DNA from: Gemmatimonadales bacterium
GTDB taxonomy: Bacteria; Gemmatimonadota; Gemmatimonadetes; Gemmatimonadales; GWC2-71-9
Direction: 5' to 3'
Length of the DNA: 52,960 bases
Assembly: GCA_030601605.1 (NCBI GenBank)
Contig: JAUVTI010000001.1
Span: forward strand, 1 to 52,960
In this document: positions 33,818 through 42,929 of the stretch, piece by piece
How the letters are laid out: each line of letters starts with the position of its first letter
How positions within the stretch are numbered: the first letter of the stretch is position 1
Notes under the pieces: generated by a model
What the model was told of the DNA's origin: nothing
Database searches by the model: none
The model's input: only the letters and a program-made list of their open reading frames with translations
Program-made: the position numbers and the translations under genes

Positions 33818-34797
33818 GCGCTCTGCACGTCTCTCAAACGCTGATCGAATGCCGTGCACTCCAGGGCGTTGGCGCGGAGGGCCTGCGCGATTCCCAGTTC
33901 GGCGACGGCGGCCTCCACCATGCGGTCACCCAGGTAATACCCCGACCGCTCGGGGATCACCTTCCCTCCCACCAACCGCTGGGCGGCGGACATGCCGCCG
34001 GAGAGGGAGCGCAGCCGGTATCCCAGCCCGCGCACGTCCAGCTCCTTCTCGACCGAGGGCAACAGGAACGCGTCCAGGGGGCGCAGGCGGCGGTATTGCC
34101 GCCGGGCGTAACCCATGTAGTCCCACGGTTCGAATCCGGGAGCGACGGTCCGCGACGCTGCCACGGCGAGACCTTCGTTCACCATCAGCTCGCGCAGCGT
34201 GGCCCTAGAGCCCGTTTCCCAGTAGTCGTATCCGCCCAGGTCGTGGACGATGTCCGCCAGCTCGCTGCGGCTGTGAGGCGACGTGTAGCGCGCGAGATGC
34301 GCCACCTCGTGCGCGATCCAGAGCGGGATATGCTCGGGTGGCAGGCCCAGGCCCAGCGACTCGTGATTGGGGCGTCCCGTGAAGTGCTCGAGACAGATGA
34401 ACGCCACGCCGCGGCCTTCGACCACCAGCTCGCCCGCGTTCGCGCCGCCCACGCCGACCATGAGATAGACGTCGAACTGCCGCTCCATCTCGAACGTTTC
34501 CTCGCAGCGCTTCATCGTCTCTTCCGCCACTGACGCGACATCGTAGCTACTCAGCAACGCGTGCAGATCGCGCCGATCGGCGACGAGGGCTCGCTGGATC
34601 ACTTCCTCTGCGTGAGGGCTGTCGAGATCCAGGATGTAGTTGTGCCAGTATCCGGACAGGACGCCGCGGTGATCGTCGATATGGCGGCGATACGCCTCCA
34701 ATGAATCCGGTGCGTCGAGCGCAGCGAGGAATTCGGGAACGAGGTTGATCAGCATTGGAGGCGCCCACAATTTGTGATGCGCGACCGATACTGACAA
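33814..34797 (-). CDS. putative Zn-dependent protease (DUF2268-like, HExxH)
   Basis: HEVAH is followed by NEGLAVA ~35 aa downstream, resembling DUF2268 predicted metalloproteases. The TTG at 34797 has GAGG upstream. An alternative ATG lies at 34755. Confidence 0.55.
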   Translation of the reverse strand: MSVSVAHHKLWAPPMLINLVPEFLAALDAPDSLEAYRRHIDDHRGVLSGYWHNYILDLDSPHAEEVIQRALVADRRDLHALLSSYDVASVAEETMKRCEETFEMERQFDVYLMVGVGGANAGELVVEGRGVAFICLEHFTGRPNHESLGLGLPPEHIPLWIAHEVAHLARYTSPHSRSELADIVHDLGGYDYWETGSRATLRELMVNEGLAVAASRTVAPGFEPWDYMGYARRQYRRLRPLDAFLLPSVEKELDVRGLGYRLRSLSGGMSAAQRLVGGKVIPERSGYYLGDRMVEAAVAELGIAQALRANALECTAFDQRLRDVQSA

Positions 34798-34806
34798 GGC
34801 CTCGGC

Positions 34807-36771
34807 TCAGCGAAGTTCTATGTCGATGTGCGTCGAGCGGGCCTCGCGCGGTCTGACGAGGTCGCGCACGCGCATTCTGATTCGGTAGTCGCCGTGTGGA
34901 ATGCGCCCCGGAGCGAGCACGACACGCTCGATGACGATGGACGCAGCAGGCGCCTGTCGCTGGTAGCGGATGGCCAGTACCTGCTCGTCGTTCTGCTCGA
35001 ACGCGTACTCGATCTCATATCTGGCGAGGCCGCTCGAGTCCGGCGTGAGCTCGTAGATCTCCGAGTAGAATGCCAGGGGTCCTCCGACCGATAGGCGGCG
35101 CGTCCCCGGCATCGCGCGTGCTATTTCCTCGCGGGAGTACGCGGTGTCCGAAAGTGATGCTACCAGAAGGCTCGAGACGGTGAGCCGGTCGAACCAGAGG
35201 TTGGGGACGTCCGCCTGGGCCCTGAGCCGGCCGAGCTGATCGCCTTCCTTGACGTCCACTCCGATGTTGTAGCGCTGCGCCCCTACGTGGAACACGAACG
35301 GAGCGGATCCGGTCACGCGTGCGAGCTCCGTCCACTGCGAGTCCCACAGGGCGGCTGCGCCGGAATCGGGCGTCGCTCCTACGTACACCAGGTGGTATCC
35401 GTCGATCGCGCCCCTGAAGGCTGCTACCCATGCGTACACGTCCAGGGGCGCCGGGATGGACGTATCGTCGGTCTCCAGCACGATGGCGGAGTTGTGCAGC
35501 TCGGTCCTGCTGGTGGGATAGAGGAGCATGTCGCCCACGACGGACGCAAACGTGATGGCCGCAATCCCGCCCGGCGTCTCGTAATACCACTGCTCCGCGT
35601 CCACCGGGACCGGTCCCACGGTGCGGAGGCGCCGGTCGGGTTCCCCGTAGCGGAGGTACACCAGGCCCCTGCCGTCGAACCCGTGGTTGCGATAGCGAGT
35701 CACCGAGTCGGGCTCGGGGAGATCGCGGATGTCCACGCCGAGCCCGGTCCGGGCGAGGTCATCCTCGAGTCGTGAGCGGCCCGGCATCGGGAATACCGTG
35801 ATGCCGAACGCGTAGCCCAGGGACCGGATGATGCTGCCGGACATGTCGCTGTACAGCGCCCGGTTCAGCTCCGAGCGGTGGAAGGTCGCCTGCGGGTGCA
35901 GCAGGGGATAGTAGTCACGCACGTGTGCCAGCCGGGTGAAGTGCTCGACGATCCGCTCGTTCCCCACGGTGTTGAGGTCGGGTTCCCGCCGTGACCAGAA
36001 GGAGCGCAGGAACGCCGCGCGCTCCCCGGGTGGGAGCGTTGCGTAAACGCTGTCCTCCTCGGGCGAGGCAATCCCTCTTGCCTGTCTCCACAACAGGTTC
36101 AGGGTGTCGGACTCCGCACGGTCGAGCGCACGCTCGTAGTCGGCCAGGCCGCCGGTCGTGTCGCCCCGCTCGAGGGCGCACTGTGCTCTCAGTGCCCAAA
36201 CGGCGGCGTCGTCGCGCCCCGCCGCGATCAGGGAGTCCAGGATCGCTGCCGCTGCCGGATACTCGTTGGCCTGGACGAGGAACGAGGCCCTGCGCAGATC
36301 GGAGTGGGGGTTGCCCGCGTAGTGCGCGAGGACTTGCGCAGCGCTGCGCCGGTGGTCGTCGTTCCAGTAGATCTGCTCGGCGATCTCCCACGTGTCCCTG
36401 TACTCGGCGTCGGTGCGCCATACGTCGAGCAGCGCGCGGCGGATCATCCATTGCCCGTCCTCCATCGCGAGGCGCAGGCCCACCTGGGCTTGCCAGTAGC
36501 GGGCCTCCGGGTCGGTTGTGTCCGCCTTGGCTGCGCGCTCGAGGTAATCCCACGCCTTCCAGCGGCCGATCACCGGCCACTCGAGGTGCACGCGGCCCAG
36601 CAGCGTCAGCGCGCGCGCGTCGTCGCGCTTCCTCCTCACCGCGCGCTCGAGCTGGCGCCGGGCCTCGCCCAGCTCCCCCTCGACGAGCAGTGACTCCGCC
36701 CGGGCATAGAGAGACGTGTCCTGAACCGGAGCCGCCGCAGCGAGAGCGAGCAGGAGAGCGCCGCCGATCAT
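34807..36771 (-). CDS. TPR plus GWxTD-like domain secreted protein (paralog 1)
   Basis: Signal peptide MIGGALLLALAAAAPVQD, then TPR-like helical repeats. The GWxTD-domain blocks are FWSRREPDLNTVGNERIVEHFTRL and a degenerate motif, HGFDGRGLVYLRYGEPD. The C-terminal half is beta-rich. Confidence 0.75.
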   Translation of the reverse strand: MIGGALLLALAAAAPVQDTSLYARAESLLVEGELGEARRQLERAVRRKRDDARALTLLGRVHLEWPVIGRWKAWDYLERAAKADTTDPEARYWQAQVGLRLAMEDGQWMIRRALLDVWRTDAEYRDTWEIAEQIYWNDDHRRSAAQVLAHYAGNPHSDLRRASFLVQANEYPAAAAILDSLIAAGRDDAAVWALRAQCALERGDTTGGLADYERALDRAESDTLNLLWRQARGIASPEEDSVYATLPPGERAAFLRSFWSRREPDLNTVGNERIVEHFTRLAHVRDYYPLLHPQATFHRSELNRALYSDMSGSIIRSLGYAFGITVFPMPGRSRLEDDLARTGLGVDIRDLPEPDSVTRYRNHGFDGRGLVYLRYGEPDRRLRTVGPVPVDAEQWYYETPGGIAAITFASVVGDMLLYPTSRTELHNSAIVLETDDTSIPAPLDVYAWVAAFRGAIDGYHLVYVGATPDSGAAALWDSQWTELARVTGSAPFVFHVGAQRYNIGVDVKEGDQLGRLRAQADVPNLWFDRLTVSSLLVASLSDTAYSREEIARAMPGTRRLSVGGPLAFYSEIYELTPDSSGLARYEIEYAFEQNDEQVLAIRYQRQAPAASIVIERVVLAPGRIPHGDYRIRMRVRDLVRPREARSTHIDIELR

Positions 36772-36779
36772 GCCCGCTG

Positions 36780-38777
36780 CTAACGCAGCTCCACGTCCGC
36801 GAGGGTGGAGTGCTCCTCGCGACCCGCGACTCGATCCCGGATGGTCATCGTGATTTGATAGCTGCCCCGCGGCACGTCGCCGGGCGCGAGCACGATGCGC
36901 TCGGGAATGGTCGGGTTGGAGAGCGCCTGGCGGTCGAACGCGATGCGGACCGTCTCGCCGCCGCCCTCCGGGACGAAAGCGTACTCGACCTCGTATTGGG
37001 CGAGTCCCGCTGCGTCGGCCGGGAGGTCGTAGATCTCCGAGTAGAGCGCGAGCGGCGCGCCTGCCGGGAAGCGACGTGTGCCGGGCATCGCGGCCGCCAC
37101 TTCGTCGCGTCCGAAGCCGGTGTCGGTCACGGCGCCGATGAGAATGCTCGACACCGTGAGCCGGTCACGCCACAGGTTTGTTATCCGGACTTCTGCGCGC
37201 AGCCGGCCGAGCTGCTCCCCCGCCTGGACGTCCACGCCCAGGCGAAGCGCACCCGGGCCGGTGCGGAACACGAACGGGCTGGCGCCGGCAACGCGGTCCA
37301 GCTCGACCCAGTCGAGGTTCCACAGGGCTGCCGCGCCCGAGTCAGGCGTGGCTCCCACGTACACGATGTGGTCGCCGGTCGCCGGGCCGCGGAATGTCGC
37401 CACCCAGGCGTACACGTCGAGCGACGCCTCGATCGACGTGGTGTCGCGCTCGAGTAGCTCGACACTGTGGCGCACCTGGGGGCGAGTGGTGGGAAACACG
37501 ACCATGTCACCGCCGAGCGATGTTCCTGCGCCGCTCGCTGTAGCCGCGGTTGCGCGCGCGAACACCGCGACCATCGGATCGCCGGCCACCTCGTAGTACC
37601 ACGCCTCGACCTGCCCGCCGTCCATGACGTAGCGGCGCAATGGCTCGCCGAAGCGCAGGTAGATGAGGCCGCGCCCGTCGAACCCGTAGCGCCTGTAGCG
37701 TGATATCGAATCCGGTTCCGGCAACGCGCGCACATCGGTGCCCACGCCGGTGGCCTGGAGGTCGGCCTCCAGCCGGGCGCTCATCTGCGGCAGGATTCCG
37801 GGAACGCCCAGCGACTGCACCATTGCGAACACGGTCGGGGAGATGTTGGCAACCATGTTGCGTCGCCCCGGTGAGCGATGGAACGCGGCCTGTGGATGGA
37901 GTAGCCGGTAGTTGCGCCGCGCTCGCTTGAGCCGGGCGAAATGCTCGGCGACGCGATCGTTGCCCTTGGTGATCAGGTGCGGCTCGCGCTGCGCCCAGAA
38001 CTTGCTGTAGAAAGCCTCCCACTCGTCCGGTGACGCCGCCGCCCAGGCGCTGTCCTCCTCGGGCGACGCTATCGTCTCGACCTGGCGCCACATGATGCCG
38101 AGCGAGTCCGTCGCTGCGGCGCCCACTGCCGCTGCGTAGTGCGCCAGCCCGGTTGCGGTGTCACCGGCCTCCAATGCGCTCTGCGCCATGAGCGCCCAGA
38201 CGGCGGCGCTGAGGTCACCCGCTTCCACTCGCGCTGCCAGGAGGCGATCCGCCTCCACGTACTTGCCCAGTTCGATCAGGAGTTGTGCGCGGCGCAGATC
38301 TGCAGTCGGGTTTCCCGGGTGACGCGCCAGGATCGTTACGGCTTGCTCGAGCTCGTCCTTTCCGTGATACGTGTAGCGCCAGAGCTGCCAGGTGTCGCGG
38401 TACGACGGATCGAGATTCCAGATGCGGTACAGCCCGTCACGGATCGCCCACTCGCCGTCCTTCCCGCCGGCCGCGAGTCCCGCCTGCGCCTGCAGGTAGG
38501 CGATCTCCGGGTCGTCCGGGCTGAGCTCCCATGCCTCCTCGAACAAGTCCCACGCTGCCCAGGTCCAGTCGCTCTGCCCCGCCTCTGCGAGTTGCACCCG
38601 GCCGAGAAGCACCAGCGCCCGAACGTCCCCGCGGTCTCGCTCCAACGCGGGCTGCAGCAGGGCGCGCGCCTCGGTGAGATCGCCGGCCACCAACAGCGAC
38701 TCCGCCCGGGCGTACAAGGTGGTGTCCTGCCCGGGCAGTGCTGCGGCAAGCGTGAGCGTGAGGAGCGCTCCAGCTAT
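36780..38777 (-). CDS. TPR plus GWxTD-like domain secreted protein (paralog 2)
   Basis: The protein is colinear with paralog 1 (DTTLYARAESLLVAGDL..., FWAQREPHLITKGNDRVAEHFARL, YGFDGRGLIYLRFGEPL, ending ...DVELR). The upstream 115 aa of the 39122 ORF overlap the macro-domain gene and are rejected. No ATG/GTG/TTG precedes the signal-peptide-like IAGALLTLTLAAALPGQD, so the start is unresolved. Confidence 0.7.
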   Translation of the reverse strand: MAGALLTLTLAAALPGQDTTLYARAESLLVAGDLTEARALLQPALERDRGDVRALVLLGRVQLAEAGQSDWTWAAWDLFEEAWELSPDDPEIAYLQAQAGLAAGGKDGEWAIRDGLYRIWNLDPSYRDTWQLWRYTYHGKDELEQAVTILARHPGNPTADLRRAQLLIELGKYVEADRLLAARVEAGDLSAAVWALMAQSALEAGDTATGLAHYAAAVGAAATDSLGIMWRQVETIASPEEDSAWAAASPDEWEAFYSKFWAQREPHLITKGNDRVAEHFARLKRARRNYRLLHPQAAFHRSPGRRNMVANISPTVFAMVQSLGVPGILPQMSARLEADLQATGVGTDVRALPEPDSISRYRRYGFDGRGLIYLRFGEPLRRYVMDGGQVEAWYYEVAGDPMVAVFARATAATASGAGTSLGGDMVVFPTTRPQVRHSVELLERDTTSIEASLDVYAWVATFRGPATGDHIVYVGATPDSGAAALWNLDWVELDRVAGASPFVFRTGPGALRLGVDVQAGEQLGRLRAEVRITNLWRDRLTVSSILIGAVTDTGFGRDEVAAAMPGTRRFPAGAPLALYSEIYDLPADAAGLAQYEVEYAFVPEGGGETVRIAFDRQALSNPTIPERIVLAPGDVPRGSYQITMTIRDRVAGREEHSTLADVELR

Positions 38778-39268
38778 CCCATGACGCGTTCCAGGGCGGC
38801 AGCCTGCTCCGGCAGGAAACCGTAGAAGATGATCTCTTCGAGACCGGCCGCATCTGCGCAGCCCCCGATGGCGTCCAGCATGATCGCCGCGGCGCGGTCG
38901 AAGTCGAACCCGGCGATTCCGCTCCCCAGGATTGGGAAGGCGATGCTCTTCGCGCCCTGGGCGGCGGCGAGCTCGAGGCTCGCGATCGTGCTGTCGCGAA
39001 TGGAGCGCTCGGACACGGGCTCGTCGCCCATGGCGGCCGCATGGATCACCCAGCGCGCCCTCATGTTGCCCGCCCCGGTGACGGCGGCCTCTCCCACGGC
39101 GATGGAACCGTGCCGGTCGCACTCCTCCTGAATGGAAGGTCCGCCGGCGCGCCGGATCGCTCCGGCGACGCCCGAGCCCAACTTGAGGTGGTTGTTGGCT
39201 GCGTTGACGACCGCGTCGCCCTCGAACGTCGTGATGTCGCCCTGGCGAACCGAGATGGACGGCATCAT
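38774..39268 (-). CDS. macro domain protein (ADP-ribose-binding / O-acetyl-ADP-ribose deacetylase-like)
   Basis: GDITTFEGDAVVNAANNHLKLGSGVAGAI...AFPILGSGIAGF are the macro-domain signature blocks. Confidence 0.9.
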   Translation of the reverse strand: MMPSISVRQGDITTFEGDAVVNAANNHLKLGSGVAGAIRRAGGPSIQEECDRHGSIAVGEAAVTGAGNMRARWVIHAAAMGDEPVSERSIRDSTIASLELAAAQGAKSIAFPILGSGIAGFDFDRAAAIMLDAIGGCADAAGLEEIIFYGFLPEQAAALERVMG

Positions 39269-40116
39269 TCCTCGTCGTCGCGGAGCTCTCGGCTCACCTC
39301 GTCGAGGAGCTTGCGCTCCTCGTGCGTGAGGGACTCGAGTCCGCTCCGGGAGATCTTGTCGAGCACGCGGTCGAGATCATCCTGCTTGGATTGCTCCTCG
39401 TCCTCCGGCGGCGGACCTGCGGCGGCCGCGGCGGCCGCAGACGCCGCCGCGCGCGGCTCGCGCACGCGGCGCTGTGGCACGACATGGGCTATCTGGTGGG
39501 TCGTGAGCGCAGCGCGCGCGCGGCGCATGACGGCCTCTTCGCTCTTCAGGTAGATGAAACCGAAGAGGAACCCGCCCAGGTGCGCGAGATGCGCCACCCC
39601 ATCCTGCGCGTCGGCGATCGCGAGCACCAGGTTGATCGTGGCGAGGAACACCACCAGCCACTTCGCCTTGATGGGAAGCGGCAGCGGAAAGACGTAGATC
39701 GGTGCATCGGGCCAGGTCATGGCGTACGCGAGCGAGACGCCGAAGACCGCCGCAGAGGCGCCCACGAACGGTGCAACCGGGGTGAAGAGCGAAAGCGCAA
39801 ACGAGAACGCCGCGCCGCCCAGCCCGCAGATCAGGTAGTACAGCGCGAAGGCGGCGCCGCCCATACGCTCCTCGACCGGCGGCCCGAATATGAACAGCAT
39901 CAGCATGTTGAACGCGAGGTGCAGGAACCCCACGTGCACGAACATGTAACTGACGAACCCCCACCAGTGGCGGCCGGCGTCGGCCGGACTGAAGGAGAAG
40001 AACTCGTTGAACCACGGTCCCGTGAACACGGTGATGGTCAGGATCCAGACCACCGTGTTCGCGATGATCAGCCCCCGTACCCACGGGGTGAGCGAGAACG
40101 ACGCTTGGGACCGCAT
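39265..40116 (-). CDS. rhomboid family intramembrane serine protease with C-terminal cytoplasmic extension
   Basis: HVGFLHLAFNM, GASAAVFG (catalytic Ser) and HLAHLGGFLFG (catalytic His). The C-terminal tail is Ala/Pro-rich followed by an acidic helical segment. Confidence 0.9.
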   Translation of the reverse strand: MRSQASFSLTPWVRGLIIANTVVWILTITVFTGPWFNEFFSFSPADAGRHWWGFVSYMFVHVGFLHLAFNMLMLFIFGPPVEERMGGAAFALYYLICGLGGAAFSFALSLFTPVAPFVGASAAVFGVSLAYAMTWPDAPIYVFPLPLPIKAKWLVVFLATINLVLAIADAQDGVAHLAHLGGFLFGFIYLKSEEAVMRRARAALTTHQIAHVVPQRRVREPRAAASAAAAAAAGPPPEDEEQSKQDDLDRVLDKISRSGLESLTHEERKLLDEVSRELRDDEE

Positions 40117-40127
40117 ATCTACCTAAT

Positions 40128-41159
40128 CTAGGCTTCGGGCGCGGGCTTTGTTCCGGCCTCCCGCCGGGACAGCGCCAGGCGGCAGATCCGGTCGCACAAT
40201 TCCTCGAAGGGGATGCCCACTGCGGCTGCCGACTGGGGCAGGAGACTGGTCGCCGTGAGGCCGGGCAGCGTGTTGGCCTCCAGCACGTAGGGACTGCCGT
40301 CGGCGCCGATCCGGAAGTCGACACGGGAGAAGTCGCGCAGCCTCAGCGCGCGGTGGCTCTCCAATCCGATGCGGCGCAGCTCGTCCGCGAGCGCATCCGG
40401 GATGTCCGCCGGGAAGATTTCCTGCGTCATTCCCGGCGTGTACTTGCACTCGTAGTCGAATATCTCGTGACTGGGAATGATCTCTCCCACCGCGAGCGCC
40501 TCGTCACCCAGGATCCCGACCGTGTACTCCGAACCGGTTGCGTAGGCCTCGAGCATGATGTCGTCATCGTAGACGCGAGCCTCCCGGACGGCGGCGTCGA
40601 GCTCGGCGATGTCCCGCACCACGGTGAGCCCTACGCTGGATCCCACCCTGGACGGCTTGACGATGAGCGGTAGTCCCAGCGCTGCGACTGCGTCGTCCGA
40701 CGCGGGCCACATCTCCCACGGTGCGGTCGGGATGCCGGCGTCGCGGAACAGTCGCTTGGCCTCGTTCTTGTCCATCGCGAGTGAGCTGCCTACCGGGTCG
40801 CTGCCCGCGTACGTCAGCCCCGCGGTCTCGAGCAGGCCCTGCATCTCACCGCCCTCTCCCTGGCGGCCGTGCAGCACTACGAAAACGACGTCGGCCTCTG
40901 CGATGGGCTCGAGCTCGGTGAGCTCCGCACCGAGCTCGCGTGCGGCCAGAGCGGCAAGATCATCCAGCGTCGGCGGCGTCTTGCCGACCGGCACGAGGCG
41001 GCGCTTCTCCTCTGACAGCGACAGCACACCGTCCACTGTGTCCACCACCGTCACGTCGTAGTCACGGGTACGCAGCGCCGCGACCACCTGCCCGGCGCCC
41101 GCCAGGGCGACGTCGCGCTCCGGCGTGGAACCGCCGGTCAGCACGGCGACGCGGGTCAC
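40128..41159 (-). CDS. ddl: D-alanine--D-alanine ligase
   Basis: VAVLTGGSTPERDVAL, an ATP-grasp fold (VKPSRVGSSVG) and a C-terminal EANTLPGLT. Confidence 0.9.
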   Translation of the reverse strand: MTRVAVLTGGSTPERDVALAGAGQVVAALRTRDYDVTVVDTVDGVLSLSEEKRRLVPVGKTPPTLDDLAALAARELGAELTELEPIAEADVVFVVLHGRQGEGGEMQGLLETAGLTYAGSDPVGSSLAMDKNEAKRLFRDAGIPTAPWEMWPASDDAVAALGLPLIVKPSRVGSSVGLTVVRDIAELDAAVREARVYDDDIMLEAYATGSEYTVGILGDEALAVGEIIPSHEIFDYECKYTPGMTQEIFPADIPDALADELRRIGLESHRALRLRDFSRVDFRIGADGSPYVLEANTLPGLTATSLLPQSAAAVGIPFEELCDRICRLALSRREAGTKPAPEA

Positions 41160-41539
41160 GGCCGGTATTCCACGCGGTACTGTGGGGTCTCCCAGATCTC
41201 CACGGCGTCGATGCGTGCCGCAGGCGCCGCGCTCGCGAGACGGTGGCTCGTGCGCTCGCAGACTACCACGGCCAGGCGTTCGGCCGTAGGCGGGCAGTCG
41301 CCGAACGGCTCGAGGTCGTTGAGGTATGCGTGATCGAACTCGCTCACCGCATCACGCACGGCCTCTTCCACCACCCGGAAGTCCACGGCCATCCCGCCCT
41401 CGTCCAGCACGTCGGCTTCGACGCGCACGGTGAGGCGCACGCGCCAGTTGTGGCCGTGCATGCGCTCACACTTCTCGACTCCGGGGAGCGTGTGCGCCGC
41501 GGCAAAGGCGGCCTCGGCGGAAAGTAGATAGTGTGCCAA
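41156..41539 (-). CDS. queD: 6-carboxy-5,6,7,8-tetrahydropterin synthase (QueD / PTPS)
   Basis: CERMHGHNWRVRLTV and a 127-aa size. It overlaps the ddl start by 4 nt. Confidence 0.88.
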   Translation of the reverse strand: MAHYLLSAEAAFAAAHTLPGVEKCERMHGHNWRVRLTVRVEADVLDEGGMAVDFRVVEEAVRDAVSEFDHAYLNDLEPFGDCPPTAERLAVVVCERTSHRLASAAPAARIDAVEIWETPQYRVEYRP

Positions 41540-41540
41540 G

Positions 41541-42929
41541 TCAGCGAATCCCGACCATGTGATGCAACACGTCGTAGCGGCTCACGATCCCGGCGAGCTT
41601 GCCCTCACGCCGCACGAGGACCGCAGGCGTCTCGCGCGACAGCAGCTCGGAGACCCTGTCGAGAGGCGCATCCGCATCCACCACCGGGTAGGGCTGCTCC
41701 ATGATGTCGCGAACCGGTTGCTCGAGCACCACCGGCTGTGCTATGGCGCGCGCCATGAGGCTGGCCTCGTCGAGCGCCCCGACGCACTCGTCGTTCTCGA
41801 CGATCGGGAGCTGCGAGACGTCGTAGGTGTCCATCAGGTTGAGCGCCTGCCGCACCGTCTGCGCGGGAGTGACGATGACGAGCTCGGGCGCGCCGTCCGA
41901 CTTCGCTGCGAGCAAAGTGGAGGCCGTCACCCGTTCCACGTCGAGCATCTGGTTCTCACGCATCCACTCGTCGTTGTAGAGCTTGGAGAGATAGCGCTCG
42001 CCGGTGTCGGCCAGGATGGCGACCACACAGGCGTCCGGGTCGTTGGCCTGGCGCGCCACGTACAACGCGGCGCACACGTGGAGACCGGAGGAGCCGCCGA
42101 CGAACAGTCCTTCCTCCCGAGTCAGGCGGCGCGCCATCCGGAAGGAATCCTTGTCGCTCACTGAGACGAACTCGTCCACCACGTCGTAGTGCAGCGTGCC
42201 GGGGATCTTGTCGCCTCCGATCCCCTCCACCTTGTAGGGGTATCCCTCCCCAATCTGCTGGGTGCGCGCGTACTCGGCGTAGATCGATCCCTCGGGATCT
42301 CCAACGATCACCTGCACCTTGGGATTCTGCTCCTTGAGGTAGCGCCCCGCACCGGAGAGCGTGCCCCCCGTGCCGGCTCCGCCCACCAGATGGGTGATGC
42401 GTCCCTCCGTCTGCTCCCACAGCTCGGGGCCGGTCGAGCGGTAGTGCGCATCGGGGTTCACCTGGTTGTAGAACTGGTTGGCCAGCACTGCCCCGGGTGT
42501 CTCCTGGGCGATGGCCTTGGCCTTCATGACGTAGTTCTCGGGGTGGTCCGGCGGAACTGCGGTGGGAGTGGTGATGACCTTGGCGCCGAACGCCTTGAGC
42601 AGCCGCACTTTTTCGGACGACATCTTGTCCGGCATCGTGAAGATGCAGCGGTAGCCCTTTAGGGCCGCCGCGAGTGCGAGCCCGACACCGGTGTTCCCCG
42701 ACGTCCCCTCGACCACGACGCCGCCGGGCTTGAGCTGGCCGCTCCTCTCCGCGTCTTCGATGATAGCCAGGCCGATGCGGTCCTTCACCGATCCGCCGGG
42801 GTTGAAGAACTCCGCCTTGCCGTAGACCGGCGTCTCGAGGCCCTCGGTCACCCGGTTCAGCCGTATGAGGGGTGTCCAGCCGATCGTATCGAGGACGTTG
42901 GCGTACGGCCGCGCGTGGTTCTTGCTCAC
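41541..42929 (-). CDS. cystathionine beta-synthase (PLP-dependent CysK-like domain plus CBS pair)
   Basis: NPGGSVKDR (PLP lysine), GTSGNTGVGLA and GAGTGGT blocks, followed by two CBS-like repeats. Confidence 0.88.
   Translation of the reverse strand: MSKNHARPYANVLDTIGWTPLIRLNRVTEGLETPVYGKAEFFNPGGSVKDRIGLAIIEDAERSGQLKPGGVVVEGTSGNTGVGLALAAALKGYRCIFTMPDKMSSEKVRLLKAFGAKVITTPTAVPPDHPENYVMKAKAIAQETPGAVLANQFYNQVNPDAHYRSTGPELWEQTEGRITHLVGGAGTGGTLSGAGRYLKEQNPKVQVIVGDPEGSIYAEYARTQQIGEGYPYKVEGIGGDKIPGTLHYDVVDEFVSVSDKDSFRMARRLTREEGLFVGGSSGLHVCAALYVARQANDPDACVVAILADTGERYLSKLYNDEWMRENQMLDVERVTASTLLAAKSDGAPELVIVTPAQTVRQALNLMDTYDVSQLPIVENDECVGALDEASLMARAIAQPVVLEQPVRDIMEQPYPVVDADAPLDRVSELLSRETPAVLVRREGKLAGIVSRYDVLHHMVGIR

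Noticed and set aside
38778-39122. The 115-aa N-terminal extension of the 36780-39122 ORF.
   Set aside because: It overlaps the well-supported macro-domain gene in another frame and has Arg/Gly/His-rich junk composition. Homology to paralog 1 begins only at the signal-peptide-like segment near 38777.
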